From Camelus ferus (lineage: Eukaryota), in assembly GCF_009834535.1 (NCBI RefSeq), contig NC_045713.1, positions 23,312,001-23,376,000 of the forward strand: a DNA stretch of 64,000 nt, read 5' to 3'. The translations under genes were made by a program, and so were the position numbers. Shown one piece after another: positions 59,928 through 64,000 of the stretch (its first letter is position 1; every line of letters begins with the position of its first letter). Under the pieces are notes generated by a model. The model made no database searches. It worked only from the letters and a program-made list of their open reading frames with translations, and had not been told where the DNA came from.

Positions 59928-59929
<2 letters not shown>

Positions 59930-60349
59930 TGTATATGTCTGTCAGTCATTGAAATTTAGAACTCAAAACCCTGCCGCCTCCCTCTTCCTTCTGAGCCATC
60001 TGACCAGCTCACTGCATTCGAAGCAGCAGTGCACTTAACTCCTTGCTTGCATCGGTATTCCTCTTCGTAGCAGCCCCTGTCACTGTAGCAATTGGAATAA
60101 AACCCAAAGAGTATTGCGGAGAATATAAATGGGTTATTTTTCTCCTCAACTCTGAGGAGGACGAAACTCTCATAAAGAACAGGGAACAAAGGGTCCGTGA
60201 CAAACATACACCAGGGGACTTGAGCTCTCTCTGATACAGCCTGTGAGACACGGTGGAAAGAGAAACTTAGGATAAAAGGAATTCCAGTGAGAATTGTAGG
60301 CTCCTTTGCTTGATGGAGCCCGTGGTCCTGTGCATTTGTAAGCATCGCC

Positions 60350-60850
60350 ATTAATAGCATTTACTGAGTATCTGCTCTGTAGGCAAAGCTATTGTAGGTT
60401 GCCTGCCTGTACACTTATGGTTCAGGAGTTTACGGATGGATATGAACTAAACAGATGTATCCATAAGGAACTTTCATCTATGTATCCATCTACATATGTG
60501 GTTGTTTCCATCAGAATCATGGAGATAGTCATTACAAGTCAGAAAATTATGCAGAGCCCTCTCATTGGCAATAAGACCTTTGTGAATAATAATAATAATA
60601 ATTAATAATAAACCAATGTGACGTTAAACCCTTTATTTTGAGAGGCAGACGGATGAAGTGGTTGAGTGGGGGCTTGGTCATAATCGCAGCTGCACCTGAT
60701 TGGGGCAGAGTGAGTGACCACTCTTACTTTCAGTTCCTTTTTCCATAGAAAAGTTCTTTCATGTCTGTGCAACCCTCATATAAGACCCATGACCTGTATA
60801 ATCCAGTCTCGTTACTGAACTCGTCGTGGAGTAGAACAGTGAGTGATATT
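60350..60850. mobile_element. Degenerate MIR/L2 fragments with (AAT)n at ~60586-60610
   Basis: 'gcatttactgagtatctgctctgtaggc'; 'actttcagttcctttttccatagaaa...ctcatataagacccatga'. Confidence 0.45.
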
Positions 60851-61970
60851 CAAATAGACTTTGAAAATGAAAGTAATTGAAAACAACGGACTGATTTCTC
60901 CTGGAAAAAGAAATATATATACATTAAAGGGAATTCAGTTTATAATCTTCAGGGACACTTCTCATGTCGTGTTTTCTTCCCTATTCTCTTGGATTTATTT
61001 GGTGTCACAACCTTCCCTTGGCTGTGCCCACCCTCCCCCCGCCTTTCCCCCTTCGCCTATTCAATCCTCTCCTTTTCTTTTCCATCTTATCATGGGTATG
61101 GTTTGGCCTGTCTCCATGGGCCCTCCTATTCCTCCTTCTCCTGTCATTCCCAAAGTCAGCATCCATGTGTCCCAGCATCTGTCTGACAGATCAGTAGACT
61201 GGGGAGGGAGATGCTCTGAGTGACCAATCTGGTGGTCAGTTGGGGAGATACGTGGAGACTGAGAGTATTTCCGAATCAATACTTTTTGGTTTGATCCCCT
61301 CTTGTGCTGTGGCCTCTGCTTGTCAGAGGCTCACGGTGGAGACCAGCCCCCAGATTCTTCATCCCCAGTCCCAGGAAACTCAGTTTGGTACTTGAGATGC
61401 AGCAACATCCAGGTTAATTCAGGACCACTTTCTCCAGCATCCCGCTACTCCAGGCTGGATGTGGAAGGAGGACTTTGCTTGGCCAAGGGATTGAAAGCAC
61501 AAATGGCATAAGAATAGAAGAAGTGAGAGTTGCAACTGTGGCTCTGGGTAGACTCGTGTGAGACGTGCGAATAAATGATGATTGGGACTTTAAGACCAAG
61601 GAAGGGAGCTCATCATACACGTGGGCACAGGTGGATGTCAATCAAAGAAAGATGCACACTGTTCAGTGTCCTGCGTAGATGGTGATCGCGTTGACTTCAA
61701 GGTTCTCTGAGAAAATCCTCCTGAAAGGATGGTAACATCTGGCCATCAGGTAGGAAGGACAGACCAGTACGGCAGAGGATGAGTAAAAGGACTGAGGCAG
61801 GAAGAGGCAGGCGCCTCTCAGGTTAATGTAGGCTGAAAGCACGAAGCATTTGACGGCAGGGGGTTCACAGAGGACCAGCGGGACACAGAGACTAATCAGA
61901 GACGTCGGTGAGACCGGATCTTGTGGAATTTTGAAAAGCGTGGAAACCAACGTAATTGATGTGTTTAGGA

Positions 61971-62188
61971 CTGGTCTTTTCGACCTCGGAACTATAGACA
62001 TATTCTGCCAGACGGTTCTTTGCTGTGGGTTTCTGTCCTGGGCATTTAGGGAGGGTGAGCAGCATCCTTGACCTCTACTCACTAGACGCCAGGAGCGTGC
62101 TTCCTCCCTATTATGATGACCAGAGGTGTCCCCAGATATTGCCAGATGTCCCCTGGGGGAGAAAGCCACCTTCTGTTGAGAAACTGTT
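61971..62188 (-). mobile_element. MER20, full length (218 bp) with perfect 8-bp TSD
   Basis: ctggtcttttcgacctcggaactatagac...cagatattgccagatgtcccctggggga...gttgagaaactgtt; gtttagga at 61963-61970 and 62189-62196. Confidence 0.92.
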
Positions 62189-63009
62189 GTTTAGGAAGAT
62201 GGTGCCCACAGTAGTGGGATGGAAAGAAGTGGCGTGGAAAGAAGTAAGGCATGTGGGACCAGGAGCAGGGAGACCCCCGAGAAGGCTGCAGTAAACCTTG
62301 GCAGAGGGCAGTGTTAAGGATGTGTGTATCCCACAGCCTAGCCCAGTGTCTCTACTGCCTGGCATGATGCCCACGAGTAGATGTAATGTTTATAGGAGCT
62401 CCGAGAAAGACTCGTGGGAGCCTGGGGCATTTAGAAGGAAACGCTTGTTTCATTTTTTGATGTGTTTTATTTTTCTAACTTGATTAAGATGGTCTCACCG
62501 CCAAAGGAACAGTAAATTTACGCTCAGCAGAGGTGTTAGCCAAGTCTCCCTTCTCACCGTCCGTCTGCAGGAAAAGATAACGGCATGCAGCAACATCTGA
62601 TGTTGAGGTTCTGGGGAAGATCCACACTGCCCTTAGCCTGGCCTCTTTTGTAACATTTTATTTATTTTTAAAACTCCTTAGAATTGTGCTTTTCGGTCTA
62701 CATTCACTCAGCCCTCCACAGCCAGCTGGCCATGAAAGGAATTTAGAAAGAAAACTGCTGAAGCATCTATGCTCTTGTTTGCGTTGCATAATCAACCAAA
62801 ATAGCCCCAGAAGTGATTATACTTGAAGTCGCAGCGATAGCAAAGATGTGCTGACATTCACCTTGACCCCATTTAGGACCATATCACTTATTCAAATTTT
62901 ATTATTTGTCTAGAGCAAGGATTCCTCTACAGAGTGAGTGTGCCTTTAGTGTGTGTGTGCATATATCTGCTGATTAATTTTGCATCCCTTTTCCAAGTAA
63001 ATCTCTCCC

Positions 63010-63170
63010 AGCCACATCTCTCATGTCATGCCTCTGCTCAAACACTTTCAATGGCTCCCTATTGCTTCTCAGATCAACTCTAAGCCACTCAGTGATATTG
63101 AATGCCTTCCATGGTCTCAACCCTCTGTTTTCTGTTCTTATCTTCCCCTACTTCTTTTTGGGCATTTCAC
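63010..63170 (+). mobile_element. L2 fragment
   Basis: 'catgtcatgcctctgctcaaacactttcaatggctccctattgc'. Confidence 0.7.
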
Positions 63171-64000
63171 TTTAGCCAAGGTAGGTAAATTAAAAAAAAA
63201 AAAGTTATAGAAAAGAATAAATGAATGAATCAACAAGATTCGAGGTTTATTTATAACATCTGATGAACCATATGGAACAAGGAGGCACGGACTTTTCTCA
63301 TACTCATTGTCTGTAGCAACATTGCTGCTTGTTTCTGACAGGGCATCTGGTTCTTAATTTTACTACGTCAGACAGGAGAACTTGAGCTGCGTGTTCCAAA
63401 TGTGGGACTCTGTGAATTTTTCATTCATTTCTCTGAATGAAATTGGACACAAGCCTCGCTTAGAAGATCACCTATTGTTTATTTATTCAGTTTTGTTATC
63501 CAGGTTAGCTACTCTCCAATTAAATCTATCATCATTTCTTTGCTTTTGCTTGTTTCACTAGCAGAAGGCTCAGCCTGAGGTCTTTTCAGTATCCTGCCGA
63601 CCCCGTCCATCCTTCACACAAAGTTCAGCGACGGAGTGCCTGAGAACTTCAGCACAGCTCACATCCCGAACGAGGAGGCTCGTGGGGCCTCCTTCTTGAG
63701 AAATGTACACAGATGTAGCTGCATCGCCATTCCCTCTTCCTTCTCTCCAGTGAGCTCATGCAAGAACTAAACTATCTTCCTTCTTTTTCTCTTCTGCAAA
63801 GTCACTTTTCCTTCTTGATTCACCATCCTGTATCCCCTTTCAGACTCTCTGAGGGCATGGAGTAGAGACAGAGGCCCAAGAGATTGGTGCTTTTAAACTC
63901 TCTGTTGGAAATAAGTCCATTTCTCCTTTCAGGGCTCCACACGTGGTCCTGTTTAAATAATTCCTTTATCTTTGTGAGAAATGGCATGTGGGATTTTCAA

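Noticed and set aside
60043-60234. 63-aa plus ORF with protein-like composition
   Set aside because: Non-ATG start, no recognisable family and no convincing donor in frame.
1-64000. Naming the host gene
   Set aside because: No exon or peptide I recognise; any gene symbol would be a guess without alignment.

Overview
Mammalian non-coding DNA, most likely camelid (camel/alpaca/llama). The evidence is tRNA-Ala-derived Vic-1-type SINEs and artiodactyl-type L1 3' ends; I saw no ruminant Bov-tA/BovB or pig PRE-1 elements. It comes from a draft assembly with seven N gaps. I could not recognise any protein-coding exon or name a gene; the only recognisable protein sequence in the ORF track is decayed L1 ORF2p (42.8-43.6 kb). 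Much of the window is interspersed repeat (L1, L2, MIR, MLT1, two ERV-type solo LTRs, MER5, MER20, a Tigger-type MITE). L1 and LTR copies are mostly on the minus strand, which suggests a long intron of a plus-strand gene (inference). Best leads: (1) a repeat-free, CpG-retaining block at 33.4-34.9 kb resembling an internal alternative promoter with a candidate first exon; (2) a plus-strand recursive-splice-site-like motif at 17613/17614 with its donor overlapped by a perfect hairpin; (3) a CpG-rich MIR carrying a perfect NRF2/NF-E2-type element at 56 kb; (4) two L1 insertions with twin-priming-type inversions; (5) a frame-preserving 66-nt exon candidate at 4.7 kb. I found no evidence of a wholly new biological system. 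Repeat families were assigned from remembered consensus sequences without alignment, so subfamily names and boundaries of old repeats are approximate. All counts were done by hand.
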